From positions 6,514,503 to 6,578,502 of the forward strand of contig CM119270.1 in NCBI GenBank assembly GCA_051294375.1: a DNA stretch of 64,000 bases, given 5' to 3'. The position numbers and the translations under genes were made by a program. This DNA comes from Paraspadella gotoi (lineage: Eukaryota > Animalia > Chaetognatha). The notes beneath the pieces were generated by a model. That model ran no database searches. It saw only the letters and a list, made by a program, of their open reading frames with translations, and had not been told where the DNA came from. Positions 37,675 through 51,259 of the stretch are shown piece by piece. Positions within the stretch are counted from its first letter, which is position 1. The number at the start of each line of letters is the position of its first letter.

Positions 37675-38130
37675 CTCGTTGAATTGTCGATAGTCGAAAA
37701 CCTGCGAAACATTTTGTTTGAACGAAATGATTAAATATTTTTGCTTTTCTTTTTAATCTTAATTTTCAGAATATTGATTTTTATCTCGCCAGGTGGCCAC
37801 CTAGCTCATATTTCAGTTAAGCTTTGAGTGACGACGACGCAAGTATATTATACTTTAAAATGACTAACGGTAATTCAAAATTGAATAAATTATTAACCAA
37901 GTACTTTAACATTTTAATATTTATAATACTATTTTTTATTTAGTTACACTGTAAATGATTGTCGGTAGATTTTTCCCAGTAGGCTGTGGTAAAATTCAAA
38001 ACGAAAAGCATTAGTGCTAATAAAGCTTAAATAAAAAAATAAAGAAATTTCAGTAGTTAGCAACTTTTTTGAATGTTGATGGTCACTAACTTTAAGCTTA
38101 AAACCTGTAAAACATTTTGAAAACAACAGT

Positions 38131-38859
38131 TTTTAGACAGATCTGATTATCAGCAGACCCCGACTCTATAATTCACTTTGTCGTTCCGTCTGTCTGTCCG
38201 TCCGTCCGTCCGTCCGTCCCACCTTAGCAAAAAACACCAATTACTCGTGATTGGATGGATGGATTAGAATGAAATTTTGTGTGTGGGTATGGAAGTGTGT
38301 GATTGAGCTGGATATGAAGTTTCGAAGGAATCAACTGAGTGGAAATGAGTTTAAATGGAAAAAACAAAAAAATATATTTCACTATTTGAACACCAATTGC
38401 TTATGAGTGGATGGGGCGATTGACTTTAAATTTTGTATGTAGGTAGAAAAGCTGGAAATCAAGTTTCGATGGAATCGTCTGAGTGGAAATGTGTTTAAAT
38501 GAAAAAAAAAACCTGTTTCACTAATTGATTATGATTTTTTTATATTAAGTGTAAATGCAAGATGTATTAATTAATCAAATAATTAATCAGTTAATTAATC
38601 ATTTAGTCAATTAATTAATCAATAATTAAATAATCAGTCAATCAATTAAGTCAATCGTTATCGGCATTATTCTCATCGTTGTCATTGCTTTTGTCGTGGT
38701 TAGTGACGAAAAGACCTAAAAACAAACATTTGGGATCAAAATAATTAATAAATTGCCTCATTAATTAATTAATTTTTTAATTATTTAATTATTAATTAAT
38801 TAATTTATTACCCATAATGATCGTGGGCAGATCCGACATTGTTTGCTCAAACTTGTTTT
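38131..38859 (+). mobile_element. DINE-1/HINE-like element, subfamily A (gap-free copy)
   Basis: Same termini, core and (GTCY)n as 3816-4425; internal duplicated unit (AAGTTTCGA.GGAATC..CTGAGTGGAAATG.GTTTAAATG); ends GCAGATCCGACATTGTTTGCTCAAACTTGTT in a T run. Confidence 0.78.
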
Positions 38860-40273
38860 AATGTCACGCAATCTTTAATTTGCTTTGAACGGGATATTTT
38901 TTGGCTTTGTTTGTAATCCCAATCCTCTTTTGAAGTTTTTTGCATATTGATTTTTTTTCTCTAAATTTTTTTATAAGTCTTATACTTTAATTTTTAGCTT
39001 TTATGTTAATGAACTACAATTTGTGACCTTTTTTCATGATAAATTGAAAATTTATTCGACCCTACAGTCTACACCTTACTCCTGCTAAACCATGGTGTGA
39101 CATCAAAACGAATCCCACCCTCGCACCCCGCGATACAATTGTAGTTCAGTGGAGCGGCGAAGTTTTCGCTTCTTAATCGTTTCGTCGTTCGTTTTCACCC
39201 GACGTTTTCACAAAACACGTGAATCGAACGAGATTAAATCAAGTAATTCACATCTCAATGTAACTGTGCATCAGAGTTCCCGGCGAATAATTTCAAAGCA
39301 GGATTCAGAATCGAGTTATTTAGCCTAAATGACGTTTAGTAAACGTTTAAATAAATACTCCCTTTAAATATTCATAACTATTAAAAACATCAAGAATAAC
39401 TATTTCAAAGCTTGGCCAGAGCCTTTTGTTTATTGTTTCTATATTTTGCTAGAAATATAATTTGTAAATTTACAAGAAAGTAAAAAGGTTTTCCTGCTAA
39501 AAATTTCAAAAGATCAACACGAAGTTGTAAAAATATTGGAAATCATCCAAGTAAACAGAAAATTTATAAATTAAAAAAAACAATTACTAAAAACATGTTC
39601 CAATCTCAAACAGAATAATAGCCTCAGCAATCAACATGTGGGATAAAATAACGGTGTACTTAGCTCTATCTTATTAACTTACTTGTCTGTCGAGTGTCGA
39701 CCGAGCGACCAAATGCCCAATCGTCGACTTACCCCACCCGCCTACCAACCGACCGACAGCGCGTCCGACAAAGCAGCGGGCAAAACGTCGTACCGTCGTA
39801 GTCAGGGGGTAACCAACGGACCGACACAGAAAACCATGAATCTTGTGGTTTCTTTTTATGATTTAAAAAAAAAAGCCTCATAAAGTTTATGTAGTAGTTC
39901 GTTTTGAGATCGGGTAATTAGGCAACGGACCGTGAGGGGACGCGCGGATTGCGAAACGGAGTGGTGGGAGGGCGGGGCGGTTGTTGGTGGGTAAATGGGC
40001 GATGTTGTGGACTAGAATTGGTAGGTGGGACGATATTTCGCAGAAAGTCACAGAAACAGACTTACTTCTCGTGTTTTTAGTAAGATTAAAGGGAAATGTT
40101 TCTTATGATTTTTTTAAAAAGTATTGTTCGGAAGTGTGGGCAAGAGATGTAGACTGAAGGTTGGGTATAAACGTGGGTAAAATAGCGAGCAAAAAATGAA
40201 AAAAAAGGGAACGTGTGCTTGAGAGTTTTCTCCGTGACTCGCGTCCTCGCTTTACGCATATTCTTTAGTTATT

Positions 40274-40324
<51 letters not shown>

Positions 40325-40951
40325 AGCGCCCCTAAAGAGAGAATATAAAAAAAAACGTGTTTACTTGTTTACATCGCGTTTCCTTTTATCTTCAAGGTCT
40401 AAGACTGATTCAACTCTTCATAAAATCCAGGAAAAAACTTTGTTATGACTCGACTTTAAAAAGGAGCAAAAAAGGAGGAAAGGAAAAAGTAGGAAAGAAA
40501 ATAACGTGGGAAAATATTAAAGAAAGAAGTAAAAAATGAAGGGAGGAACGCATAAAGATAGGAAGCTATAATAAGAAAAGATAAGAATGGATGGTATAGG
40601 AGAAGAAGAGAAGAGAAGAGACGGAAACAAAATTAGAAAGGAATAGTAAAAAAACCAAAAAAAAACAGACCGGGAAAAAAAAATGGTAAAAAAAAAAAAC
40701 AAAACAAAAAACGAAACGACAAAGAGTTTTATAAATATTTACGTATATAAAGTAAAAGTATGTTAATGTTAATAATCGATACGTTAATACTTTAATACTT
40801 TCTGATTAAATGTAAGGACAATGACCGATCTTGACAGATAAGGGGTTTCCATGAAAGCGAATATTTCTCGTCTCACTTGAGGGTCATCAGAAAGGAATCA
40901 CAAGAATATCTTTTTAAATCTATTTTTTATTATTATATTTTTTATTTTTAT

Positions 40952-40992
40952 TCTCTTCGGATGCGTGGGTTCGAATCCCACCGCTGCCACCA
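40952..40992 (+). pseudogene. 3' fragment of tRNA-Leu (AAG/TAG type) with CCA
   Basis: TCTCTTCGGATGCGTGGGTTCGAATCCCACCGCTGCCA-CCA matches the variable arm, T arm and acceptor strand of metazoan tRNA-Leu as I recall it (1 mismatch). The 5' half is absent. Confidence 0.85.
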
Positions 40993-41379
40993 CAACGAAG
41001 GAAGTAGGCGTGGTTTAATGAGTGAGAAATAAGAGGAGTTTTATTGACATAAGAAAACGTTGGGATGATGATAATTAACATACAAAATAAGTAGTTTATG
41101 CAGAGAAAAGGTACTAGGCAATAAACAATATAACAAATAGTCCATAAGGAGTTTGATGTTTGTTTCTTGAAGGTAAGTTGAAGAGTGATCTCGTTCCCTC
41201 TCTCGTTTCTCTGCCGTCGGTTTCCTGAGGGAAGCCTCCTCTCTGATTGGTCAATAAGAAGAAAAGACGGAGAAGCCAAGAGAGGCAAGCTCTCTGATTG
41301 GTCAATCAGAAGATAAGACGGAGAAGCCAAGAGAGACAAGCCACTTGATAATCCATTCTCTGCGTTGATCACAATAACA
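40952..41379 (-). mobile_element. Solo LTR-like element ending in an extended tRNA-Leu PBS
   Basis: On the minus strand: TGTTAT start, two 51-bp direct repeats with CCAAT boxes (41239-41340), AATAAA, then AAACCACGCCTACTTCCTTCGTTG-TGGTGGCAGCGGTGGGATTCGAACCC... The 3' part is shared with 17172-17250. Confidence 0.6.
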
Positions 41380-41478
41380 AAGCACTAGAAAAATAAGAAG
41401 AAAGATATTGAAGAAAAAGAGGGAAGTTTATACGTAACTGGTCTGTTGCATAGTATAATCATATAAATATATATAAAT

Positions 41479-41557
<79 letters not shown>

Positions 41558-42696
41558 CGATTAAAGGTTTTTTTTCCTTCATCATCTTCTAACTCTCCCC
41601 GCATTCGAGACACAAAAGAACGAAATCGTTTTTTAATCCCGCGCACTTACCTTTTTTATTACGCTGCGGCCAAAGCGGAGGGTAAGGTTCCATTATGATT
41701 TCTCCTCTCAGGTTTCATCTCCCTTTTTCTTTTGTCATCTATCCTACCTTTTCTTCGATTAGTAGCAGCAATAACTAGGCGATTAAATGTTATAGTACAG
41801 ACCTTATTTAAATGCTTCTATTTAATTATTTAACTTTTCTTGTAAATATTTCTCCTTTGAAAAATACATAAAAGGCGAAGAACGGAAAAGGAGGATAGAA
41901 AGATCGAAGTAAAATTTAAAAAAAAAAGTTTCAAACACAGGCAATAAAGAATTAAAATTAAAAATGAACAAGTTAAAAAAGTTTTAAAATAAAAACAAAC
42001 AAAGAAGAAGCGACGCTAAAACAAGCGAAGCAAACAGGAAGTCACCGGGAAAAAAAAGAGCAGAATAAAGGAAATAGGAATAGCAAAGGAAGTGAGGCAA
42101 TAACGACGAAATGCTTTTCAGGGTGAAATCTTGTATCTCATAAAAGTTCCCAGTCTCCCAGGGTCGAGAGTTTTTCTGAGGGAGAAAAAGGAAAAAGGAA
42201 AAAGAAAGAAAGAAAAGTGGGAGGAAAAAAGGAACGAAAGAAAAAGGAAAAAGGGGAGGAAAGAAGGAAAGAAAAAAAAAGAAAAGCGTTTGGGAAGAAA
42301 AGAAAAAAGAAAAAATAACTTAAGGTAAAAGAATAGAAACTTCTTAGTTTGAAATTGTTTCGGATTAGAAAAGATTATGCAAAAAAAAAAAACCGAAGGG
42401 ACTTAGAAGGTTGGAACTTGAAACTAGAATTATTTTGTCGGCCACGAAAGAAACTCACTTTGCAGAAACAGAAGCGTAATATGTCGTAGCTTTATCAATA
42501 GAGAATACAGTAACGAAATAATTTGTACAGGAAAAATGGATTATACAAAGATATAACATTTTGCCGAGTCTTTAAAGTGCGGACAAAGATTATTATAAAA
42601 GTACGAACAAAGAAATGAACAAAAGAACAAGGCAAACTCGAAATTGACTATTTAATTAATTAATTATTACGAGAAAAAAGTACGTCCAAAAACTAC

Positions 42697-43165
42697 ATTA
42701 AAAGTACGATCGAATAAAAAGGACGGGCAAAAAATATATTAAAAGTACGGGCACAGAAGATATTAAACGAACGACTCAAGAAGATATTAAAAGAACGCAC
42801 AAGGAAGACATAAAAAGAACGGGCAATAATAGTCCAGATTAAAAGTACAGTCAGAAAAAAATTAACTTGCAAGAGCAACAGATCGAGCGTCGGCTTATGA
42901 TGTAATTTCAGGTGAAAATCCTCTTTTTGCCAAAGAAGAAAATGACGAGCGAAATCGCGTAATCCGCTTTTCTTTTCCTTTATTTTCTATCTCAATCTTT
43001 CCTTATCCTTTATTTTCTTTCTCCACCTTTCCTTTTCCTTTATTTTTTTCTTGACCTTTCCTTTTCCTTTATTTTCTATCTCGACCTTTTCTTTTCCTTT
43101 TATTCTTTCTTAACCTTTCATTTTCCTTTATTTTCTTTCTCGACCTTTTCTTTTCCTTTTTTTTA
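42697..43165. repeat. Adjacent ~24-bp (ATATTAAAAGWACG...) and 30-bp (TTTTCCTTTATTTTCTWTCTCGACCTTTCC) minisatellites
   Basis: Two visible tandem arrays at 42697-42865 and 42968-43165. Confidence 0.65.
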
Positions 43166-43588
43166 CCTCAACTTTTTCCTCATTTTTTTTTTTCAGATTG
43201 CTCCTGACTATTTTTTCAGGTCTTTCTTTCCATTTCATTTACCATATTTTTTTTTCTTCTTAAAAACATCAATCATATCCGACTTCTTCTTTTTTTTTCA
43301 ATTTTGCCTTTTGTTTTTCAAGTTATACTTCTGTTTATTATTTTTTACACCTTTTCCTATGTTTTTCTTCTTTCTTTTTCCCCTTTTACACGCCTTTCTT
43401 ACCTCGTCTTCCTCCTTCCCTCATTATTTACCTAATTCCCCCACCCCGAGCCCCAAGAGGCCCGAAAATGCTCTACGATTGCTGCACACTGGGTTTTGAG
43501 GGAAGAGTGAGCGTTAAGAGTCGGTTCGAGTTTGTGAGGCAAGAAGTCGACGCTTGACTGAACCCCGGTGTGCGAGAAACGAGGGTGT

Positions 43589-43688
<100 letters not shown>

Positions 43689-44069
43689 TCAACACATTCT
43701 GTCCCTCACTCAGATTTATTCATCTGGTTTTCTGTCTCGGTTTATTTTTATATTTCTTTTCATATCTCGGGAAACTTTACTAAAGTTCCTGCCAGAATCT
43801 GATATTGCAATCGTTTTTATGCAATCGGATATTTTTTGGATTTTTTTTCGTCTTTTGTATCATCAGAAGTGTTCGCTTTTCCGTTGGAAATCTGACACCG
43901 TTGTTTCTTTGTGAAAACACTTATCGACTGATTGCGCTTGTACCTTTGCCTTCAAGGGGCAATGTTATCGATGAAAACCGATAGGATGAGCTAGAGATAT
44001 ATATCGCTTCAACTCAGCGATACCCAAATAAAGCTTTTGAGAACACAACATATCATTTTTCGACGAACT

Positions 44070-47000
44070 GCCTCGGGACCCTGACTATTTGACCACTCAC
44101 TATATTCGTAGCATATGTTCTATATATTGTAATAATTACTCTTTCTGCTACGCAGTGTTAGAATATTTTTCTATATAGATAATATATTAACATATAGAAA
44201 TAATGTAGGCCGAAGATATATCGGATATAAGGTAGGTATCACGGAGAATCAACGTGATAGTAAAAACGTTATAACAAAAATGTCTCTTAAATACACAGGT
44301 CGAGATATTATATAGGATCACATGAGAATCATGTTTTGAGAACAAAAGTTTTAAAAATAAAAATTTAAACCAGAAAGTCTAAGAATGCTTGGATATTCTA
44401 CACTCTCAAATACTCAATATAGCGGCAAGATCTAAACAGGACGCGCTCACGACTTGTCGAGTGGACACACAAATATAACCGAGAGCACGCACAAAACAAG
44501 GACAACGATTCCGCGCAGAGGTTAGAGCAAGAGGAGTGAGAGCCGAATAACCGCCACGACAATGCGTGTTCAGAGGTGAAATCTCTGGTATCTCACATAA
44601 AAGTATCCGCAGTCTACACCGAGACCGGTCGAGACGTCTCTATTCTTTGCAGGGAGGAGTAAAACGGGAGAGTAAAAATAGAGTAAAATATGAAAGAAAG
44701 TATACAGAGTGAGGTCGAATGAAAAAAAGAACGAATAGCATAAATAGGAAAAACACGGGATCACTGCAGACCCAGAGAGAAAGGGCGGGAGCAAGGATTA
44801 GGTAAGGTACTAAGATATATGAATATAGAGAGAGAGGAGCATTTGGTGAGAGAGGAGAGAGAGAGAAAAGAGATGAAAGCTGTAGATAGAGACCAGGTAG
44901 AGAGAATAAGAAACGTTATCACATGTAGAGAGTGTTAGAAATTAGAGTATGTAGGAGAAGATAAAAGAGAATGAAGATGAGAGAGAGACGCAAAAAAGAG
45001 AGAGAAGAGAAGAAGCAGAGAGAGAGAGAGAGGGAGGGAGGGGAGAGAGCAGAGAGAGAAGAGAGAGAGAGAGGAGAGAGAGAGAGGGGGAAGAAGGAGA
45101 GGGGGACGAAGAGAGAGAAGAGAAAAGAAACCGAAGGGAATGAGGAAGGGTTAATGGAGAACGCTTAGAGAACGAGGAGAGAGATATCTGCTGTCTTCTC
45201 GGACGAGAAGATAGACTGCACGTCTATGCAGTAAACAGACGTTGAATAGTCGCTGAGCTTCAATAATAGAGAAAGTACAGGTTAACTTGATAACACAGTG
45301 CGTTGTACCAGAGTAAACACATGGATTAATAGACAAAACAGAGATATACCGACGGATGTACACGATTGATTACTATACAATGAGCGGCGGAAAAGTTGGC
45401 CGCTGAGAGGAGAGGCAAGAGAAGGGGAAATGTAGCAGAACGCAAAATGATATAGAGGCCAAGCTTCGAGTAAATCTATGGGACTAATTAAATTAATTAA
45501 GGATAGTTACGGAGAAAAGAGGCGGGTCTCAAGGAAACTACATTAAAAGTACGATCCGAATGACAGAGAAAGGACAGGGAGGCAAAGAAAAAAGATATTG
45601 ATTAAATAGAGGACGGGTCACAGAGCCAATATTAAAGCGAACGTACTGCTTAACGCGAAGATATTAAAAGAGCGCAAAGGTGTAATACTAAAACGAGGAG
45701 CTAATGAATAAGTACGGATGTGTTGAACACGGTACTATAGCTCAGGGTTAAGACAATTAATTGGCCAGAGCAACAGATCGAGCGGTCGCTTATGCAGGGT
45801 TAGCACTTGTCAGGTGAAGAGTAACCTATGTACTCTAATTTGCCAAAAGAAGAAAAAGGAGCTCTAGTAACGGACGAACAGCAAATATAGGCGTGATAAT
45901 TCTTCTGCATTCTACTTTGTTTTGCATTAGACTGTTTTCTATCTTTTCATATTCTGTCTCATATTGAGTCTCTATCTATTTTTCTTTCTCTATACGCCTC
46001 AGTCTCCTTTTTCCTTTTTTATTTTTTTCATCGTGCAATCTTTCACGTCTTCTTTCTCCTTATATTTAGCGATATCTCCTTTCTCTCATGATCCTTTCTC
46101 TTTATCCTTTATTTTTCTATAACCTTTCAATTTTCCTATTACCTTTCTTTTCTCCCTTGAGAGAGACCGTTTTCTTGTCTCCTTTTTTTTCTTAAGCGGC
46201 TTCAATCCTATTTTTTCCGTCATAATGGTTTTTATTTTTTTTACCCAAGGAGTGTGCTCCCTGAACTATTTTTTTCGGTCTTTCTTCATTTTAACATTCT
46301 CTATGCATTATTTTTTTTCTTCTTAAAAATCACTCCATATCAATATCCGACTTCTTTTTTTTTTTTCATTTTGTTGCCATTTTGTTTTTCCAAGTTAATG
46401 CACTTTTCTTGTTTTCACTGTAATTTTTTTACAAGCCTCTCTTTCTCTAATGTTTTTCCTTCTCTTCTTTTTTCCCCTTTACACCGAGCACTCTTCCTAC
46501 CATCGTCTCTCTTCTCTCTTCCTCTCTCCTCCCCCTTTTCAATTTACTCTATTATCCTAACTCTCCAACTGCCCACCTCGCCTCTCCTGTACACCTCCAA
46601 TCTATGCGCGCACGCCAAGGTACGCCGGAAACATGTGCTCTCTTCAACCAACAGTGACCTATCCCTTTCGCCACTGCTCGGCACCACTTGAGCGGCTTGC
46701 CACGTTATTGCGCAAGACCGCTTGAGCGTTCACGACAGAGAGTCGAGTTTCCAGAGCCAGCTTCTTTGACTGAGCAGCCCAACTATGCAAGTTCAGCGGG
46801 CAAGTTTTCACTGTGAGTCAGCTTCGACTCGAGACCGTCCCTCCCGTTTTCGGCGCTTCGTGCCCCGAGAGATACTGAAACCGGGTCGCTAGCCTTGGGT
46901 CAGACGCACACGAGAGAGAGAAGATGCAGTATGTACGCACGTGACGACAAGAGCAGACGCACGAGACACGAGTATGAGTGACAGCATGTGACGCCAAGCT

Positions 47001-47520
47001 ATGAGACCGAGAGTCGAGCCATGTGTGTGCCATCACCAAAACAGCCCTCCCGGTGGTCCTCCCCTATTCTGTTCCGCCTCCGCAAACTCCCTCCCTTTAT
47101 CCTCTCCTTTAGTCACTCTTATCTCCCAACTCCCTTCGCGTTTTTCTCGTCTTCGGTTTTACTCTTTTTTGGTCGCTATCTCAAATCTCTGGTGCTCCTC
47201 TCTCCATCTTTAGTCCATCGGCGAACAAATACTCAATACCAAAAAGTTGCCTGGCCAGAGATCTGAATATTGGCGCAATCGTTTTTTATGGCAATCGGGG
47301 ATCTTACCTCTTTTGTGCGTATTTTTTTCCGTCTCTTATATCGGTTACCACTCGCATACTCCGTTAGATATCGGCTGCAGCTCAGTTCGGCCTCAGTTCA
47401 CTCTCTCTCCTGGACCGTTGGAAATCATGGACACACCACACAACTCCTGCTCCAGTCCTTGTTCCATGCCCAAACTCCTGTGTTCGACTTTCTTTGTGAA
47501 AAACACTTCACTATTCTGTA
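44070..47520. other. Insertion-rich duplicate of about 41790-43920 (raw long-read-like sequence)
   Basis: Collinear anchors: GGTGAAATCT (42122/44575), CATTAAAAGTACGATC (42697/45541), GAGCAACAGATCGAGCG (42873/45768), CCGTTGGAAATC (43881/47415). The copy is expanded by insertions. Confidence 0.8.
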
Positions 47521-47699
47521 TCCTGATCTCATGCGCCATCGTTACCCTCCTCTTTTTCCTGCTCAGCTTTCCCTCTACTCTAATTACTCGCGCGAACGGT
47601 GCAACGTGCTATTTTTCCCGCTTTTTCCTCCACGTGTCACGCTTGCTACGCTCGCCTCTTAAAAAGGATACAAGTCTTTTTCATGCTCCGCTACTCAGC

Positions 47700-50600
47700 A
47701 AATCTCAATTTTAACCATCGCCCTTTAACATTACGTTCACCTAACCTGTCTTCCGCGGAAAATCCTTTTGCTTTTAGAGCCAAAGCATAGAGAGAGAATG
47801 AAACCGAGCACGCTATGATTTGACGACGAGCCACGAAGCGCGATGACCCGATGAGAACCGTATGTTACACCGGCAGATATGCGCACGTAGAGAGAGAGAG
47901 AGAGTGTAGAGAGAGAAGACGAGAGCGACGCATATATTAGATGACGACCCTTACGAGAGAAAGAGAGACCTATGAATTTAAAGGAAGGCGTTTTTACCAC
48001 GAAGTTCGAGTGGCGAGAGACGTCGAACGCCTCGCGGGTGCCCTATTTTCCCCTCCCAACTGGCCTACCATTTTATCCTCGCCTGCGAGCCAAATTAATC
48101 GCTAACTACAATACCGTACTTTTTCCATCATCTGTGGATGGCTCCTTGTAAATAACAACGCTATATATATTACTGACCTCGAATAAAAACACAAGCACCT
48201 CCCAAATCCGTTTTCTACGCAATAATGTTTGATGCTTCACTATTCTCAAACTTCCCTCCCTAATTATGATTAACTACCCACAAACATAAGAACGAAATTC
48301 CTTTTCTGCTCTATTATCTTTCCTCGTTTGACCACGACTTTATACTACACAGTTACATGGGAATAACCTGACCCGGACCAGAAGCAAAAAAGAGAGGATT
48401 GCTCTGTACTTTTCAAGAGCAGAGATCGACAATCAACTAATCATGAAGAATCTCATCCGTAAGGACAGGATCATCAAACCTAGAATTTAACAGCAAAGTA
48501 AAGGCTTCGACGTTTATTTAACCTCATTGCTGTCAGAGGAGAACTATTCACACTGAAAACCTTTTCCAGACCTGTTCCGCGGATTCGCCCTTACTAGATA
48601 GATTAGCACAGGTCGCATCCAAATGGAAACCTTTTACACGCGACGGCATTAATGTCCTATATCTTTCGCACGGAGCGCGAGGAGGACAAAATTAATACAC
48701 GCTGCAACAAACATCCGACAATACGAGAAAATATTAAAATCGACGTTAACCAGAGCTTAAGCTAATCGCGGAATATTTAGCGCAATGATTTTCGGAAGAG
48801 CGAATTTATAGATATAGTCGATATGAAACACTTTACAAAACAGCACAATACTTATTAAAGAAGTGTACACACACTTACGCTTATGCAGTGAGGATCACCA
48901 AGCGCATGGAACGTCTGTTCCTCGGGTAACGTTATTATGACCCCAGACATTTAAGAAACAAACCACTATGGTAGACACGTGAACCTCTTGGAATTCTTTT
49001 CATTAATTAGTCTGAATGGAGAACAGTAAAAGTATGAAATATTATATTTTTATATAATCACAAACTTTGCATTTTCTGGTTTTAATTACGTTTGTTACTT
49101 TTTGTTATAACACAGTTATGTATATTTATATTTTTCCACGATCTGAAGATGTGATAAATGATTTCTTAAACGATTTTGAATCACCGTGAATTATTTTTTA
49201 ATCTCAAACCCTGCATTTAGTAAAATACGGAGTGGAAATATACTCTCTGTCCAGTTACTCGTCATCAAAATATGACTATATTAAAATAACAGAACACACT
49301 GAAATTATGATCGGACGAAGTTTGACATGCACATGAGCGACGTAACAACGAATATGGCTGGGACAATTACCATGCTCCAAATGGTATCCGGCAATAGGGG
49401 AGTTGGGAGGAAAAGGGAGGGCTGAGAGGAAAAGGGAGGGAGTCGTGTAGAAAAAATGGAGGGAGTTGGGAGGAAAAAAGGAGGGAGTATTGGGAAGGAA
49501 AGGGAGGAAAAAGGGCAGGAGGAGTATGAGAGAGTCGGTCAAACACCAAGGGAAGCCATGTTTATGCTCTTGGTAGAAAGAAAAGGGACGGAGTGTGGGA
49601 GGGAAAAGCAGGAGGTAGAAAGGGAAGGAGTTGGGAGGAAAAAAGGGATGTGAAAAGGGAGGGAGCCGATTTTGCGGAGCGAAAAGCGTGATAGGAAGTT
49701 GGGGATGAAAAGGGAGCTATACTCCTTGAGAGCGAAAAGGGACACGAGCCAGTTGGGAGAAAAATCGGAGGGGAGTACTTGCCGGAGGTAAAACAGCGAG
49801 GGCAGTTGGGGAGCAGAAAAGGGGAGGACAAAGAGGGAGGGAGTTGGGCACCCGGGGACAAAGAGGGGAGGGTAGTTGGGCAAAAATGGCCCAAGGAAAA
49901 GGGAGCGGAGTTTGGGCACGGGACGAAAAAGGGACGGAATAAGGGTTGAGGGAGTTGGGAAGGAAAAGGGAGGAAAAGGGAAAGGGGAGTTGGGAGGAAG
50001 ATATGGGGAGGAAGCAAGGGAGGGTTTGCGGGAGGGGAGAAAGGGAAGGTAGAGTTGGGAAAAGAAAAGGGACGGGAGGTTGGGCGAGGGAAATAGGGGA
50101 GAGGAAACAGGGAGGGCAAGATGTGGGAAGAAAAGGGAGGGAGTTGGAAGGGAATAAGGTTGAGGAAGTTTGGGAAAGGAAAAGGGAAGGGAGTTGGGGA
50201 AAGAAAAGTGTGAGGAAAAGGGAAAGGATTGTGGTGAGGAAAGAGGGAGGTAGTTGTGGGGCCAACGCAAAAGCGAGGGGCAGACCAGGAGTTGGGAAAA
50301 GGAAAAGGAGGAAAAGGAGGGGAGGGAGTTGGGGAGGAAAACGCGGAGGAAAAAGGGAGGGAGTTGGGACGGAAAAGGGAAAACACGCATAGTACTCAAA
50401 AGGAAAGAGAATGGAACGAATAAAATCATCTAATTTGAAGGCACGATTTCAAAGGAAAGGTATTATGGGAAATAAAAGAAAAGTACCTTAAATACGTGAA
50501 TGGTAAGGCAAATAAACACTAAAAACAACACCAGAACGTGCTATAGGCCGAAAAGGCAACCTACCGGATGAAACGGGGTGGGGAGGAATTGAATCACAAA

Positions 50601-51259
50601 CTCCCCTGGTGTCAGGTGATACATTGAACGCTCGGCTCAACGCTCTCTTACTCGGCGACATCGTAAAGGTACGGTTGAGTCCGTCTGTTCTCTTTGTATC
50701 GAAGTATCGACGTTGTGATTGTTGTCCGAGACTTTGTGATGTTTGTGAACTTGTGAGTATGTTTGACTGGTTGTTTCTGCGTGTGAAGACGGTCATTTAT
50801 TTTTTTTCCCTTTTTTGCCAAGTGACTCTGGGCTTCTCTCCTCTCTCACCTCTCAAATCTCGTCTCAATCTGCGCTCTCTGCTCTCTCATCTCTCATCTC
50901 ATCTCTAATCTCCTCTCTGCTCTTCTCTCTACTCATCTCTCGCTCTCAACGTCCTCCTTTCCTCTCCTCTCTTTGCCGCTCTCTCACATCTGCCTGCAGT
51001 CTTTTCCTTTTTGTTTACGATTAACCAAGAAAAAGTTCATGTTGTTTCCGCGCGCTTAATTTTTTGCGCAGTTTTTGGATGATCTTCTGTTTCCGTAATG
51101 ATAGCCGCACGGAAATAACGAGTGTCAATGGCTGCTCCGTCATCGTCTCTCTGCTCTCTCTCTCTCATCTCTCTCGTACGTATTCTCTCATCATCTCTCA
51201 TCTCCCCTGCTCGTCTCTCTCTCATCTCTCGGTCTCTCTCTACTCCTCTGCCTCGTCGC
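47700..51259. other. Insertion-rich duplicate of about 51285-52820
   Basis: Anchors: GAATTTAAAG..GGCGTTTTT.CCACGAAGT (47974/51465), CCTGTTCC (48571/51743), AACAAACATCC (48706/51815), CCGAGACTTTGTGATGTT vs CCAGACTTTGTGATGTT (50726/52379). Ends at the 25-N gap 51260-51284. Confidence 0.75.
49395..50390. repeat. Degenerate purine-rich minisatellite (GGGAGTTGGGAGGAAAAG core)
   Basis: The core recurs many times at roughly 45-60 bp spacing; it produces the spurious Pro/Phe/Ser ORFs in the track. Confidence 0.75.

Noticed and set aside
49539-50429. 296/274-aa Pro/Phe/Ser-rich ORFs
   Set aside because: Translations of a purine-rich minisatellite that is open in several frames.
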